A stretch of DNA of 62,510 nucleotides, filler included, from 7 parts of 7 records of this genome joined end to end with filler, not necessarily neighbours in it; one strand, 5' to 3'. Positions 30,277 to 41,093 are shown, counted from the whole stretch's first letter. The notes: a model not told the origin generated them from the sequence alone. Made by a program: numbers and translations.

Positions 30277-30627
30277 ATGCGGTTGCTGGGGCAGATCCTG
30301 ACCGATCGCGGGTCAAAATACGCGGTGTCGGGTGTGCCCGTCAGCAGCCGTGCCGAGATTGATGCCGCGTTGAAACAGCTCAAGCGGGACAAGGCCTATG
30401 CCAAGGCGACCCACAACACATGGGCGGCGCTGCTGACCGAGGGCGGCCCGATCAAGGGCGATGACGGCGAAGCCGGGGCGGGCATGGTGATCATCCGCAT
30501 GCTGGAGCGCGAGGACCTGGCCGATCACTTGATTGTGGTAACGCGTTGGTATGGCGGCAAACATCTGGGCGGCGACCGTTTTCGCCACGTGCAGACCTGC
30601 GTGCGGGCCTATCTGGACGCGCTTTAG
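30277..30627 (+). CDS. YigZ/IMPACT family protein
   Basis: DRGSKY, ATHNTWA, DDGEAGAG, VVTRWYGG.HLG.DRF. Confidence 0.9.
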   Translation: MRLLGQILTDRGSKYAVSGVPVSSRAEIDAALKQLKRDKAYAKATHNTWAALLTEGGPIKGDDGEAGAGMVIIRMLEREDLADHLIVVTRWYGGKHLGGDRFRHVQTCVRAYLDAL

Positions 30628-31250
30628 ACGCTGAGCGCTATGGCCGCAAAGAAACAGCCCGAGGCGACCAGTACAAAGACGTGCCACAGCGCCATCTGGA
30701 ACCGGAATTCGCGCATGGCAAAGAAAACCGCACCCGCCGAATAGGTCAGACCGCCCGACGCGACCAAAGCCATGGCCGCGCCGCTCAGGCTGGACCACAT
30801 CGGCCAGATCAGCAGCACGCTTGCCCAGCCCAACGCCAGATACAGCGCCAGCGACCCGCGTCCTTCCGTCGACCAGAACGACAGCTTGGCAATCGCCCCG
30901 CCCAAGGCCACCAGCCAGACGAACCCCAGCACCACATAACCGGAGACAGACCCCAGAACGACAACGAGCGGCGTGTAGGTGCCCGCTATCTTCAGGTAAA
31001 TCGCCGCATGATCCACCCGTGCCAACACGGGCCGCGAGCGGTCCCATGGCAGCAGGTGATAGGCAGCCGAGGCGGCAAAGGCAAAGACCAGAACCGCCAG
31101 ATAGACGCTGACCGACGCCACGGTCGCGGCTGGTGCATGGGCCGTCACATGTCCCAGCAGGATCGCGGCGCCAATCAGCGATCCGGTCAGCCCGAGGACA
31201 TGCACCGACCCGTCGGCAAGCGTTTCTGAAAGGGATCGTGGATAAGCCAT
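30624..31250 (-). CDS. Hemolysin III/PAQR family membrane protein
   Basis: SAAYH, RVDHAAIY.KIAGTYTP, LWH.FVL. Confidence 0.9.
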   Translation of the reverse strand: MAYPRSLSETLADGSVHVLGLTGSLIGAAILLGHVTAHAPAATVASVSVYLAVLVFAFAASAAYHLLPWDRSRPVLARVDHAAIYLKIAGTYTPLVVVLGSVSGYVVLGFVWLVALGGAIAKLSFWSTEGRGSLALYLALGWASVLLIWPMWSSLSGAAMALVASGGLTYSAGAVFFAMREFRFQMALWHVFVLVASGCFFAAIALSV

Positions 31251-31312
31251 GTGCTCAAACTAACCTGTTTCAGCCCGCAGGCTATGGCAGAAGTGTAACA
31301 ACATGGTTGACG

Positions 31313-31705
31313 TTACTGGAGCTTGGCGGCTTTGCGCTCACGCGCCAGATGCCAGCGATACAAAACGGGGGCCAGGACCCGGTCATACAGCACCTCGGTC
31401 ACGGGCTGCACCACCGGCCACGACACCACCCGCGCCAACCAGCGAAACCGTGGCATATCCTGCCACAGCAGAATGAACGCGGGGATACCGGAATAGACCT
31501 GACCGTTCTTGCGCACATGCAACCGTTTGGCCGCGTCATCGGCACTGACGCCCCAGCCTGCCAGCGCATCGCTGTTCAGATCGTCAAAGCGAATGGGCAG
31601 GCCGTTGTCACGGCTGTATTCGGCGTAATGGTCGATCTCAAAGCGGCAGACGGGGCATTCGCCATTGTACAAAACGCTGGTGTCTTCCGTGGTGTTCTGT
31701 TCCAT
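31313..31705 (-). CDS. DCC1-like thiol-disulfide oxidoreductase (DUF393)
   Basis: VLYNGECPVC, RLHV, G..AF..LW. Confidence 0.85.
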   Translation of the reverse strand: MEQNTTEDTSVLYNGECPVCRFEIDHYAEYSRDNGLPIRFDDLNSDALAGWGVSADDAAKRLHVRKNGQVYSGIPAFILLWQDMPRFRWLARVVSWPVVQPVTEVLYDRVLAPVLYRWHLARERKAAKLQ

Positions 31706-31760
31706 GCCCTGAAAGATAGGGCGCAAGCCCGCCCTGCAACAGAGGACAAAGCCGCACAGC

Positions 31761-32123
31761 TCAGCGCGGCTTGTTCCCGTCGATCCAGCGCGACATCAAC
31801 TGTTTGTCCTTGAAGCATTCGCGCGGCACGTCCTGCCGCTTGATCCGTGCAATCCGCTCGGCAAAGGCGACCTGCTTGCCCGAAGGATAGTTCGAAAACC
31901 TGCCCTCGACCGGCTTGACCTTATGCGCATCAATCCACGCCGACAGCGCCCGCCGGTCACGCAGGGTGGCTTGCGGCAAATCCTTGCCCGTACGCTTGGC
32001 GATCGCCATGGCATAGGCCACCTGCTTTTCCGTTGCAGGTTCGGGCGCGTTCAGCGGCAGGTCGGATTGCACCGGCACAAACAGTCCGGGCAGTGCGGGT
32101 TCATAAACAGATGCATGGGCCAT
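31761..32123 (-). CDS. Hypothetical protein made of two internal repeats
   Basis: PATEKQVAYA..IA...LSAWID and YPSGKQVAFA..IA...MSRWID. Confidence 0.8.
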   Translation of the reverse strand: MAHASVYEPALPGLFVPVQSDLPLNAPEPATEKQVAYAMAIAKRTGKDLPQATLRDRRALSAWIDAHKVKPVEGRFSNYPSGKQVAFAERIARIKRQDVPRECFKDKQLMSRWIDGNKPR

Positions 32124-32148
32124 GACGGCGTTCCTTTGTTCCTGTTAA

Positions 32149-32173
32149 GAACAAATTAGAACAAATGCGGAAC
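32149..32173 (-). promoter_or_regulatory. Alphaproteobacterial LexA (SOS) box
   Basis: GAAC-N7-GAAC at 32159-32173 plus an extra GAAC at 32149, 25-50 bp upstream of the ORF start. Confidence 0.7.
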
Positions 32174-32216
32174 ACTTTCAAGAGGGGCGCGATTTTACCC
32201 CTTCACGTCATCGCGA

Positions 32217-32336
32217 TCAGACCAGCCGACCCCACAAATCGTACTCGCCGGCCTCGTCCACTTCGACGGTGACGATCTGGCCGGGGGTCAACGCTTCGAA
32301 CCCTTCGTCGATGAACAGGTTGCCGTCGATCTCGGG
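32217..32336 (-). CDS. rimO: Ribosomal protein S12 methylthiotransferase, C-terminal TRAM end
   Basis: [10 protein letters not shown]...[19 protein letters not shown]. Confidence 0.85.
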   Translation of the reverse strand, partial: PEIDGNLFIDEGFEALTPGQIVTVEVDEAGEYDLWGRLV

Positions 32337-32436
32337 NNNNNNNNNNNNNNNNNNNNNNNNNNNNNNNNNNNNNNNNNNNNTTAATTAATTAANNNNNNNN
32401 NNNNNNNNNNNNNNNNNNNNNNNNNNNNNNNNNNNN
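32337..32436. other. Artificial contig linker
   Basis: N44-TTAATTAATTAA-N44. Confidence 0.99.
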
Positions 32437-32497
32437 CACCCCCCCCCCCCCCCCCCCCCCCCCAGATCAACGATTGTATCCTGACTCGATTGTGCAG

Positions 32498-33604
32498 AAC
32501 TGGGCAAATCACTGTGAATCTGGACCCGAACACGATGACTGGTGTTGATATAACGCTGAGGAGAGTCATCTCGAAGCATTCGACGGCACACATATCGTAT
32601 GGTTTTGGCAACCAGGCAGGCGTGTCGACTGGTTTCAAACGGCGGGGGCGGGTGAATACGCTTGGATCAAGCGTTACTGTTGGGGATGGGATGAACTGGA
32701 ATGGGTCCTATAGCAGGAAGATCTCTGATAATACTCATTTTAAGGTAGGTTTGACGCATCCCTGGTGTTATTTTTGTTCTGAATTTGGCACAAAGGTGCT
32801 TGGCAAGTTTGGGAGTCGAAATGTAGACTTGGAGATTGGCGGTTCTCGTAAGATATCGTCGCACTCACGATTCGACTTCCACTTGCTTGTTGGTGTCGCT
32901 GGTGTGCGGGTGAGGTTTAAGGTGGGCCGGGGTCAACAGAAGCTCCAGATCCCAATCTTGCTGTCGAACCGCTTGGAGCGTCGCTTTGTTGCCTTGTCGG
33001 CATTAGTGCCCTCGGTCCTGATATTGGCCACGCGGATGCTTTGGATAATTCCTCGTAAGCGGAAGAGGACTGAACGGAAGTTGGCTATTGTGCGGGAGAG
33101 GCAGAAGGAGCACGTGGTGAACATGAGGGAGGAGGCTGAGGCGGATGTCCAGCTGATGACGGAGACCGTGGCGCGCAAGGTTGCTCGCGAAGAGGGGATT
33201 GGGGGCATCATTATACTGGAGGGGGAGTATGGCAACCTCAAGGGTGATTTGTCAAGGCAGCTAGAGGCTCCATTCAGCGCTAAAATCGGTCAGTATTCCC
33301 TTTTGCTGTTTGTTTATTGTGATCTGAAATGAGAGTAGATGTAACGACCGCACTGCAATATATGGTTGAAGATAGCCAGCTGCACCTCCAGGCCGCATCC
33401 AAGGTCCATCTAACCGGGTTCTTTGACTGCTGCCCTGGAGAGCCCAAGTGGCTCAGAATCAAATACATGTAAGTGGGCAGGGCTGGCCATGTGATGTCGT
33501 TCTCATATGCCCACGTACACAGGTTTAAGGGGCGTGAGCACCAGACCACAGTTTTCGATATCGAGGAAGTGCGTCTACCGTTGCAGGAACATCTGATTGG
33601 TTAA
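32498..33604 (+). CDS. DNAJC11: Eukaryotic DnaJ subfamily C member 11, 3' exons (introns 32745-32795, 33289-33338, 33469-33522)
   Basis: Spliced product R..QKLQIPILLS, GIIILEGEYG, IDVTTALQYMV.DSQL, GFFDCCPGEPKWL.IKYMFKG.EH matches the DUF3395 C-terminus; GT-AG introns restore the frame. Confidence 0.85.
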
Positions 33605-33669
33605 TGGCGTAACCTCGAATGTTGGAGGAGTTTTCTAATAAAAGCCCCTTCTGTAGTCACATCTTCGAT

Positions 33670-36350
33670 CTATTGACGGCGATAGGGATTAACTCGGGCT
33701 TTGAGCAGTGAAGCAATCTCTGTGTCTTCCGGTTCATACTAAAACACGAGACATCAGAACCACTAAGCTAGGGTGCATGAACGACTCACATCGCAATATA
33801 TTCTCCACACATCAAGCATTTTCACCTCCAGCTCTTGGATTTTGTCAGCCTTTGTCTCCATCGACGCCAGCGTTCCATATGCAATGCCTGCGTCGCGCAA
33901 TGTCTTCACTTAATCAGAACCTTAGACAACGACGCAGATCGAGCTATGACTTACTTTGATCGGGTCTGGGATTCCGACAATGCCTAAATACTCCTCATAC
34001 AGAGTGGCCGCCATCCTGCAAGAACAAAGGTTCAAAATCTCCTCCATGGCGATTCGCACTCTCTTACTTCCAATATTTCTTCCGGCTCCTTGCATCAAGG
34101 TTTGCCCCCATTTGTTGGGACAAATGAGTCGCGAGAGCATTGGCGACCATCATCTTGGATCCAATAGCATTGTCAATGATCGTCTTCTCCCAAGAATCTT
34201 TCTCGTAAAGATTCTGGTCCAGAGTGAGACTGGAAACTCGTCAGAATATTCCTCAATCATCTCCCATGTTACCTACGCTATATGGGATCGAAGTCGCTCG
34301 TTGGTCATTTTGATCCACTTTTCGTAAGCTGGAAGATCCCACTGCTTAAGAAAAATGCCACGTCCAAGCGGAAACACCTACCGAATGGGCGATCTTTCCG
34401 CTTCACTTGGTTAATGTATCCTATGGGCAGGGTCTCATACATGTACTCATGAGAAGGATCTCCAGTCTTCCACCAGTATCCAAGGAATATGTTGAATCTG
34501 TCATAATTAGCATCGAGGAATTGCTGCGATGAAATTAGCAGGCCGTCAGCACACCGATGGCGGGGAGACTACATACCGCCATAGAGAAACCGTGGGGTTT
34601 GTGGGGATGATAAACCTTGTTAGGGAAAACAACGCCTTTGAAGTGGCGCCGCTGTGTTTGCAAGAACCAGTCATATGTCATAAGTTCTACTCTGTGTCAG
34701 CCACCGTACCATCCAAATATAACCACACCTTACCAATGGAGAGAAGCATGACATCAGGTCGATATCCCTCGCACTGATGCACATATTTTGCGGCATTGTG
34801 ATATATATCACCACCGATCAAGACAAGAGCATTCTTCGGCAATCCACGCAGGATCGCACGGCCAAAGTTCACTATCTCAGTCCTATCTGAGCGGTCCTGT
34901 TGAGGATACAGAATGCCGATTTGCATGGCCACAAACAAAATAACGACCGCTATAATGAACGTATTCACGCGGCGCTCACTGGGCGCGGGGGCGTTTGGGC
35001 GTCTTTCATTCTTGATGGTATCGGCTGCCTCCCCCTCCTCCGGTGCCAGCCATCCCCACACCGTAAAGAGGCCATGGCCTGCAAATATGCAGACGATAAT
35101 GTTGGATTGTGGCCAGAACCTGCACTGAACTCCGAGCATGAAATCATTCAAGGGCAAATTGGCCAGATACTGGAATGCGAACGTGTACGCGCTATAGCAG
35201 ATAAGGTACACGACGGCAAGAATCCGGCGGCGCTTCTCTCCGCCAAAAATCGCTGCGCACGCCCCAATAAATGCCAGGGCACACCCTATCCCGAAGGTTT
35301 CAAACAACGCATTTCGGCTGTAATAACCCAGGCGGGGAATGAATTGATTCTGGCCTTCGTTGCTGTCCTTTCCGAGCTGGAAGGTTCCGTATTCTTTCCG
35401 GAAGAAATGAGTGAGGAAGCCATCCAGCGTCCTCGCATCACCCCATGAGTCAATGACTTCGTTGTGACCTGCTATCACAAGCTGGTAATACGGGCTCATT
35501 CCCAAGATGGCCAAGAATGACAAGAACAGGAAGGGGCCGGGTCGGAACACACTCCTCCAACCCACCACCATGACTGAAAGAACCGCGGGCACCACATAGA
35601 AGACGAGGGTGTGCTGATTCGTGAGGCCAATCCCGCTCCACAAGGCACCGAGGTATGCATACCGCATCTTCCTTGTGTCGTGGTAGCACAGTGTGAGATA
35701 TAGGACCATGCTAGTAAGGAAATTGTTCAGAGAAAACACCTGAAATGGAATGAGTCAGTGGCGCAGGGAGGCCTCACCATGGCGGTGCCTACCTCCGCTT
35801 GTAAGGAATATAGCCAGACGGTTGGCATGAACCCATACAAACAACCACTGAAGTATCCTGCCCATCCCTCCCCTGTGAATCTGCACCAAGTTAGACCAGA
35901 CTGCTTGCTCAAATGCCTGTTCTGTTCTTACCGAGACACCAGCAGTGAAATCATAAATGCGGCGCCGGCACTTGTCATTGCCGAAAATAGGTTCAGCCTC
36001 CATGCAACGCAGCCTGGGAGCGGCAGCTTTAGGAAGAGGTGGTTAATTATTGTGAAGGTAGGGTATCCTGGTGGATGAGCCGCGCCAAAGTTTTGCGCGA
36101 CAATAATGAGCTCGCCACTATCACCCCCAGGAACTGACGGATAAAGCGTCAAGTAGTACACCGTGAACGTTGTCAAGAAACACAATGCGGAATACAAGAG
36201 GTGTGCGGAGCTGGCATGGCCACCGCAGTCTGGGAAAACTTCCTCATGTTCTTGAACTGGCGAGTCGTCCTCATGTGGAGCAGCGTCACACTCTACCTTC
36301 TTGTCGACAGTCTCGGCCTTGCCGCCTCCTCTACGGGAGCCCGGTGCCAT
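33670..36350 (-). CDS. TMEM260: Eukaryotic TMEM260/DUF2723-family glycosyltransferase (multi-exon)
   Basis: YPSVPGGDSGEL, AHPPGYP, QAE|VFSLNN, LTNQHT, EYGTFQL; introns at 35881-35931 and 35740-35792; 3' exon boundaries approximate. Confidence 0.85.
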
Positions 36351-36486
36351 TACAAGAATGAACTATGTGCTTGTTTGGTCAACGGAGAATAGTCGCTTAA
36401 TATATACATGCGAGCTTCAGTCCAGGTAATACCTAGCGCTGCTTCTCTTACTCGGTCTCTCCATGACTGAGGCCAGAGTAACTCCG

Positions 36487-37180
36487 TGACCCGCCGGCGG
36501 GCCGGGCGGCCCGCCCGGGCCCGCAGCCGGAGACCAGTGCCGGCGCAAGCCGCTTGGCCGGGCCGGGCCGGGGGCCGCGGCCGGCTCATCTCCCGGACTC
36601 AGTGTTCCGTGCCTGCCGTGCGCCCCGGCCCACTCCGGCTCAGCGCGGCGGCCTGCGTACGGTATCGCGCGAGGCGGTGGCCCCCGGCCGCTGTCACCGC
36701 CCGGGCGGCCCGGCCAGGTCGCCGGCGCGCCCGCGGCGCCCGCGGCCGGGACGGGAGTCGCCGGGCCGGGGCGGCCGTTCCGAGTTCGTTCGCCCGGACC
36801 GGACTGGGAACGAACCCAAGGGTACGGTGACTCACTGCACTGAACCGACGGAACGGGAACTGAACCGAACTGACGGGCCACCCGGCGCCGCCGGCGCCGC
36901 GGGCCGGCCCGGCCCCCCGGGCGGGCCCCGGGCGGGCCGGGCGGGCGGCCCCGCCGCGCGGCGGCCGGGCCCGGCCCGCCATATCAATGGCCGGGGCCGG
37001 GGAGCGCCGGCGGGGCGCCGCGCGGGCGGGCGACCACCGATGAGGCACGGCGTACCGTACCGGCAGCCCCACCCGTCCCAGTTATGAGAGTCTATGACAT
37101 ATGCGGGACCGGACAGGGCCGGGCCCGCCCGCGAGCGTCCCGGCCCGGCGGCACCGCTCGGCTCAGGCGGTGCCGGCCCT
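36487..37180. promoter_or_regulatory. Extreme GC island between divergent eukaryotic genes
   Basis: Contains 100 consecutive G/C bases (36881-36980); lies between the 5' ends of TMEM260 and ORF 37310. Confidence 0.65.
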
Positions 37181-37309
37181 ACCCTATTTTCTGACGCAAA
37201 GAGTTGTTCAATTGCACCGTTAAAATACGACTGTCTTATTCCAAAGGTTACTTATACCACCTTGGGGCGTCTTGGCAGTCTGTAGCACTGGACTGGCGCG
37301 ACAGGCGTC

Positions 37310-38044
37310 ATGAACTGCTCAAATGAATACTTGACTGATATGCAGCTTGCGCCGGAGTCCCGAATTCCGTGGGAGCGGAAGCGCGGCCGAATTCACGAGA
37401 TGTTTAGGAAAGCTGACGAGCGTAGACGCAGTAGTGTTTCCTCTGAGAGTGCAACGTGTATATCCCAAAAGAAGGAAAAGGGAAAGAGCCGCACCACAGG
37501 CATTGATGACGAGCTTGGGGTTGAGGAACCCGATGGAGGATCTTGGCTCTGCCAGGGACTACTGGCACTCACGTTCGTTGTAGTTTTGGGATACTATTCA
37601 AGAGATTATTTTGATCTATATGTCGGAGTCGAGAACTTGGGCATAGTTGTCGGATCTATTCTGTGCAGTGCAACTATATGCACACTGTTGGCTATTTGTT
37701 GGCGTTTCTTGAGGGATTTGAGCACTGCTATCGAAGACGAAATCAATGAAGCGCAGGCAACCGAGGAGACGCCGGGAGACGGCAAGGATGACTTCGTTAC
37801 GGAGGACCCATTACGGCGGGGACTGAAAGACAATGACCCCAGAGCTTTTAATATGATGTACCAGGAACAGAACCACATCTACAATGACTTCAGGAACGAA
37901 GATGGGACGTGGATGGAAGACGCAGAAGATGAGAAACCTTCCTACGATGCTACGAACTTTGGCAGTACAACGGGCAGATTTGGTTCAAAGAACGCCTTCG
38001 AGCCATCATTGTCGATGCCGGGCATGTACCGTGCAGACTGGTGA
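37310..38044 (+). CDS. Eukaryotic hypothetical protein with two TM helices and an acidic tail
   Basis: 244-aa ORF with two hydrophobic segments; start uncertain. Confidence 0.65.
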   Translation: MNCSNEYLTDMQLAPESRIPWERKRGRIHEMFRKADERRRSSVSSESATCISQKKEKGKSRTTGIDDELGVEEPDGGSWLCQGLLALTFVVVLGYYSRDYFDLYVGVENLGIVVGSILCSATICTLLAICWRFLRDLSTAIEDEINEAQATEETPGDGKDDFVTEDPLRRGLKDNDPRAFNMMYQEQNHIYNDFRNEDGTWMEDAEDEKPSYDATNFGSTTGRFGSKNAFEPSLSMPGMYRADW

Positions 38045-38262
38045 TATTCTGTCGCATTTTATTCGATGATAGTGGTTTGAAAGAAGATTATCATACCGAT
38101 GTGAAAACACACTCACGTCTCATCAACGAAAGTTGAGTGGCGTCAAAGAACCAAACTTCCAGAACAAAATCTTACTGTACAGGCTCATCACCACGGGAAG
38201 TGCAGTTTAGTCAAAGCCGTGAGTACAAGATGGCCATGGAAAGGGCGCTGAGCATTGGGCTT

Positions 38263-38661
38263 CTAGTCTTTGCTAATGTTCGCCATACGACTCGTGACTC
38301 GCGAATAGCCTAGTGGCTCTCCGCTCCACAGTCTGAATACCACCCATACAATGAAGAACGGGCATCCCAGCAAGCAGCCAAGGCAGCACCACAAAATACC
38401 GACAAATATGTTCTGTTCAGAAGTAAGGATAACTGCGCATACACAGAATGAAGCACCGTAGAAGTCGAACACAGTGGTAAGCAGCCACGCCTGACTCGAA
38501 GCAAGATCGCTCCACTGAAATCCATGCTTCATAAGTGTGTAAGTAAGAAGACCGAAGAAGCCTACAGCATAGGTGGCCAGAAAGACAAGGCCGATACGCC
38601 GGGTAGGGCTTGCCCTAAAACTATCTTGCTCTATCAACATATAGGGCTGCTTTCCTGCCAT
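38263..38661 (-). CDS. DUF1475-like membrane protein
   Basis: LTYTL..HG, W...T..DFY, ILW...LG pattern with multiple TM helices. Confidence 0.6.
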   Translation of the reverse strand: MAGKQPYMLIEQDSFRASPTRRIGLVFLATYAVGFFGLLTYTLMKHGFQWSDLASSQAWLLTTVFDFYGASFCVCAVILTSEQNIFVGILWCCLGCLLGCPFFIVWVVFRLWSGEPLGYSRVTSRMANISKD

Positions 38662-38814
38662 TCAGTTCAAGTACACGAATCTTTAAAGCTGTCTGTGCTT
38701 AATTTTCATTCTGTGGACAGCATGACTCCGCGGTCGTTGACTGCACCCTTGTCACAGAGGCCACTCTGTTCCGCCAGTGACTCTGGTTGTGTCACCTGGC
38801 CAGTCATTGATCAC

Positions 38815-39092
38815 TGGCCGCGGCCGCCAATGAAGGTCCATTGCAGTGGCCCAGTCAGTCGACCGCGGCCGGGTGCCTCCCCATCGTCCCTGTCTCCACT
38901 CGAGGGCGGGCACTGCCCGCCCCGCCGCCCGCCCGGCGGCGGCGGCCGGGGACGGCACGGTCCGGGCCACGGCCTGCGGCCCCGATTCCCTACTGATCCG
39001 GGCGGGGGCCGCGGGCCGCCCGGCCGCCCCCCACGCGCCCGAAGCGGCCCGGCCCAGCACGGCAGGTGACGGCACGGCCCCGCCCCGCCCGA
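38815..39092. promoter_or_regulatory. GC island upstream of the DUF1475-like gene
   Basis: Abrupt GC-rich block 5' of a minus-strand gene. Confidence 0.55.
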
Positions 39093-39413
39093 TCCGATTC
39101 TTGGGGGCTTCGGCCCTTCGAAATCGGCCTAAGGCCTAGGATCAAATTGAAAGGCTGCTGGACCGGGGATCAATTGAAAGTATAATTTCGGTTCCCAAAA
39201 TGAAACCGTCGTTCTGAAAGTACTTAAGGACAGCACTTCAAGTTTGGACAGAACAACCCCGAAAAAATAAATCATGTAGTGGTATGCGGAGTGACCTTGT
39301 CTCACCACTTAGACCACTCCTCCACTCACTCTTATTAATTGCCTTGACTGAAAATCATCTCGGTTACGTACACGCCTAGTCTTGCATTAGTAAATGCAGA
39401 AACGGCACCAGAT

Positions 39414-40449
39414 CTACAAACTATACAAACCTAGGATCAAAATGGCCTCTAGTGAGCGCAATATAGAATAAAAATATTGCATGCTTTCATCTGTTGCGAA
39501 TTCAAATACCAAAGCCACAAACGACAATGAACACACAGACATTGCCATTGACACAAAAGCACCCGTTTCGAGCTAATATGTACCAGGATCAGGCACGCCG
39601 AAATATATATAAATTCTATGTATCTTACCGTCTGCAAATGGCTCCAAGGGATATCTGGACGAATATCTACAAAAATGGTATGAAAGCACATCATTGGCCA
39701 CCCCAAAGCAACCAACAGATGTAGCAGGTTAGCGGGCTCGAAGGACCACGTTATTGTCAGATATGATGACGTCAGGCATGCAAAGCTTAACCAAGAGACC
39801 GCTGCACCATCAAGAATATTTCCATCCTCCACCAGATAGCTCAAATAGATTTCAACGATGACCAGTACCAAGCACGCATAAATGACTCTGTTAACACAGT
39901 TAGGTCACCACTCAATCACACAACAACAACCGTACAAAGGGGAAGGATGCGCTGAAGTCTTCTCAGTTGCCAGAATACAATATGCCTGGGCGACTGAAGA
40001 TACCAATAGCGCTACTGAGATAAGTAAAACAAACGCCTTTTTGGTGTCTCCCAGAGTGTGTCTGTCTAGAAACCTCCTACTACCGTACATTACCAGACGA
40101 ACTGACAAAGTGTAAGCAAAACTGACCCACACGAGAGCAAAAGTCGACAAGTACCTGACTGTACACCCTCAGCCACAAGTACTATCCCGCCCAAAACGTA
40201 AACCATCGTATCAAAGTACGCGGCGACTTGAACGTCTCTCGAGACAGAGACGATAAGAGCAGATAAAATAACTGACAGCGGTGTAGCCACGACTGCAGGT
40301 GCTTTCCCCAATAACTGTCTATGTAGAGCACTTCCCGCCGCCCAAGCGAATACGTATAACTTAGACCAATTTTGCATAAAACCTGTGGTAGTGATGATCC
40401 CAAGAATACTCCAAACGCGCGGATTGGTGAGGATTGAGAGTGGATTCAT
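39414..40449 (-). CDS. Eukaryotic multi-pass membrane protein, possibly ICE2/SERINC superfamily (about 3 introns)
   Basis: Hydrophobic exons joined by ~45-55-nt GT-AG introns; VAEGVQS and EDGNILD motifs. Confidence 0.55.
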
Positions 40450-40584
40450 TCAGAAGTTTGATAGTGAAACTACGTTGATCTGGTTGGTGTCACTCCTTAT
40501 TAAGAGAGGTAAGACAAACGGGCTATGTATGCAGGAACAAGGAAATTGAGGTTGCCTCACAGGTTCCCAGAGCCGGGAGGCTGT

Positions 40585-40853
40585 CACTGGCGCGCACGGC
40601 CCCAGTCGGCGGGACCGGCTTGGCGCCCGCAAGGCAACCCTCGGCGCCCCTGCTGGGGCCCACTGGGCTGGAGGCGGCCCGGCCAGGCTGCAGATTGGGC
40701 TCAGAGCGGCCGGCGCGGCCGCCCCCGGCGCGGCACCGCGGCGCGCAGCGCTCAGGCGCGGGCTCGGCGTGCCCCCGGAGCCGGCGGGGCACAGCGCCCG
40801 GCCCCACGCAGTGGACGAGTGAGTTGCGGCCGGCGCCCGCGCGCCCGCTGGGC
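40585..40853. promoter_or_regulatory. GC island between the 40449 start (minus) and a probable start at 40858 (plus)
   Basis: GC-rich block flanked by divergent ATGs. Confidence 0.55.
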
Positions 40854-40964
40854 AAAAATGAACCTGGAAATCAAAAAGAAAGAAGTATTCAGCCCCGAGG
40901 CAGCGTCGCCTGATACCAGGAGTACTAGAAACATGCACGGTCTTGACAGCGCAAAGAGGGCCGA

Positions 40965-41064
40965 NNNNNNNNNNNNNNNNNNNNNNNNNNNNNNNNNNNN
41001 NNNNNNNNTTAATTAATTAANNNNNNNNNNNNNNNNNNNNNNNNNNNNNNNNNNNNNNNNNNNN
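40965..41064. other. Artificial contig linker
   Basis: N44-TTAATTAATTAA-N44. Confidence 0.99.
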
Positions 41065-41093
41065 CGGGGGTTCAAATCCCTCCTCCGCTACCA
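41065..41093 (+). tRNA. 3' end of a tRNA (T-arm, acceptor strand, CCA), probably elongator tRNA-Met; anticodon not in the window
   Basis: GGGGG-TTCAAAT-CCCTC T-arm then CTCCGCT-A-CCA. Confidence 0.75.

Noticed and set aside
32437..32463. Poly-C tract at the contig start
   Set aside because: Most likely a poly-G sequencing artefact at a contig end, not a telomere or contingency locus.
36417..37285. Arg/Pro/Gly/Ala-rich ORFs in the GC islands (also 38524-39139 and 40450-41016)
   Set aside because: Open only because stop codons are rare in GC-rich DNA; low-complexity translations in several frames.
32437..40964. Apparent eukaryote-to-bacterium gene transfer
   Set aside because: The eukaryotic segment is bounded by linkers on both sides and is a separate contig.
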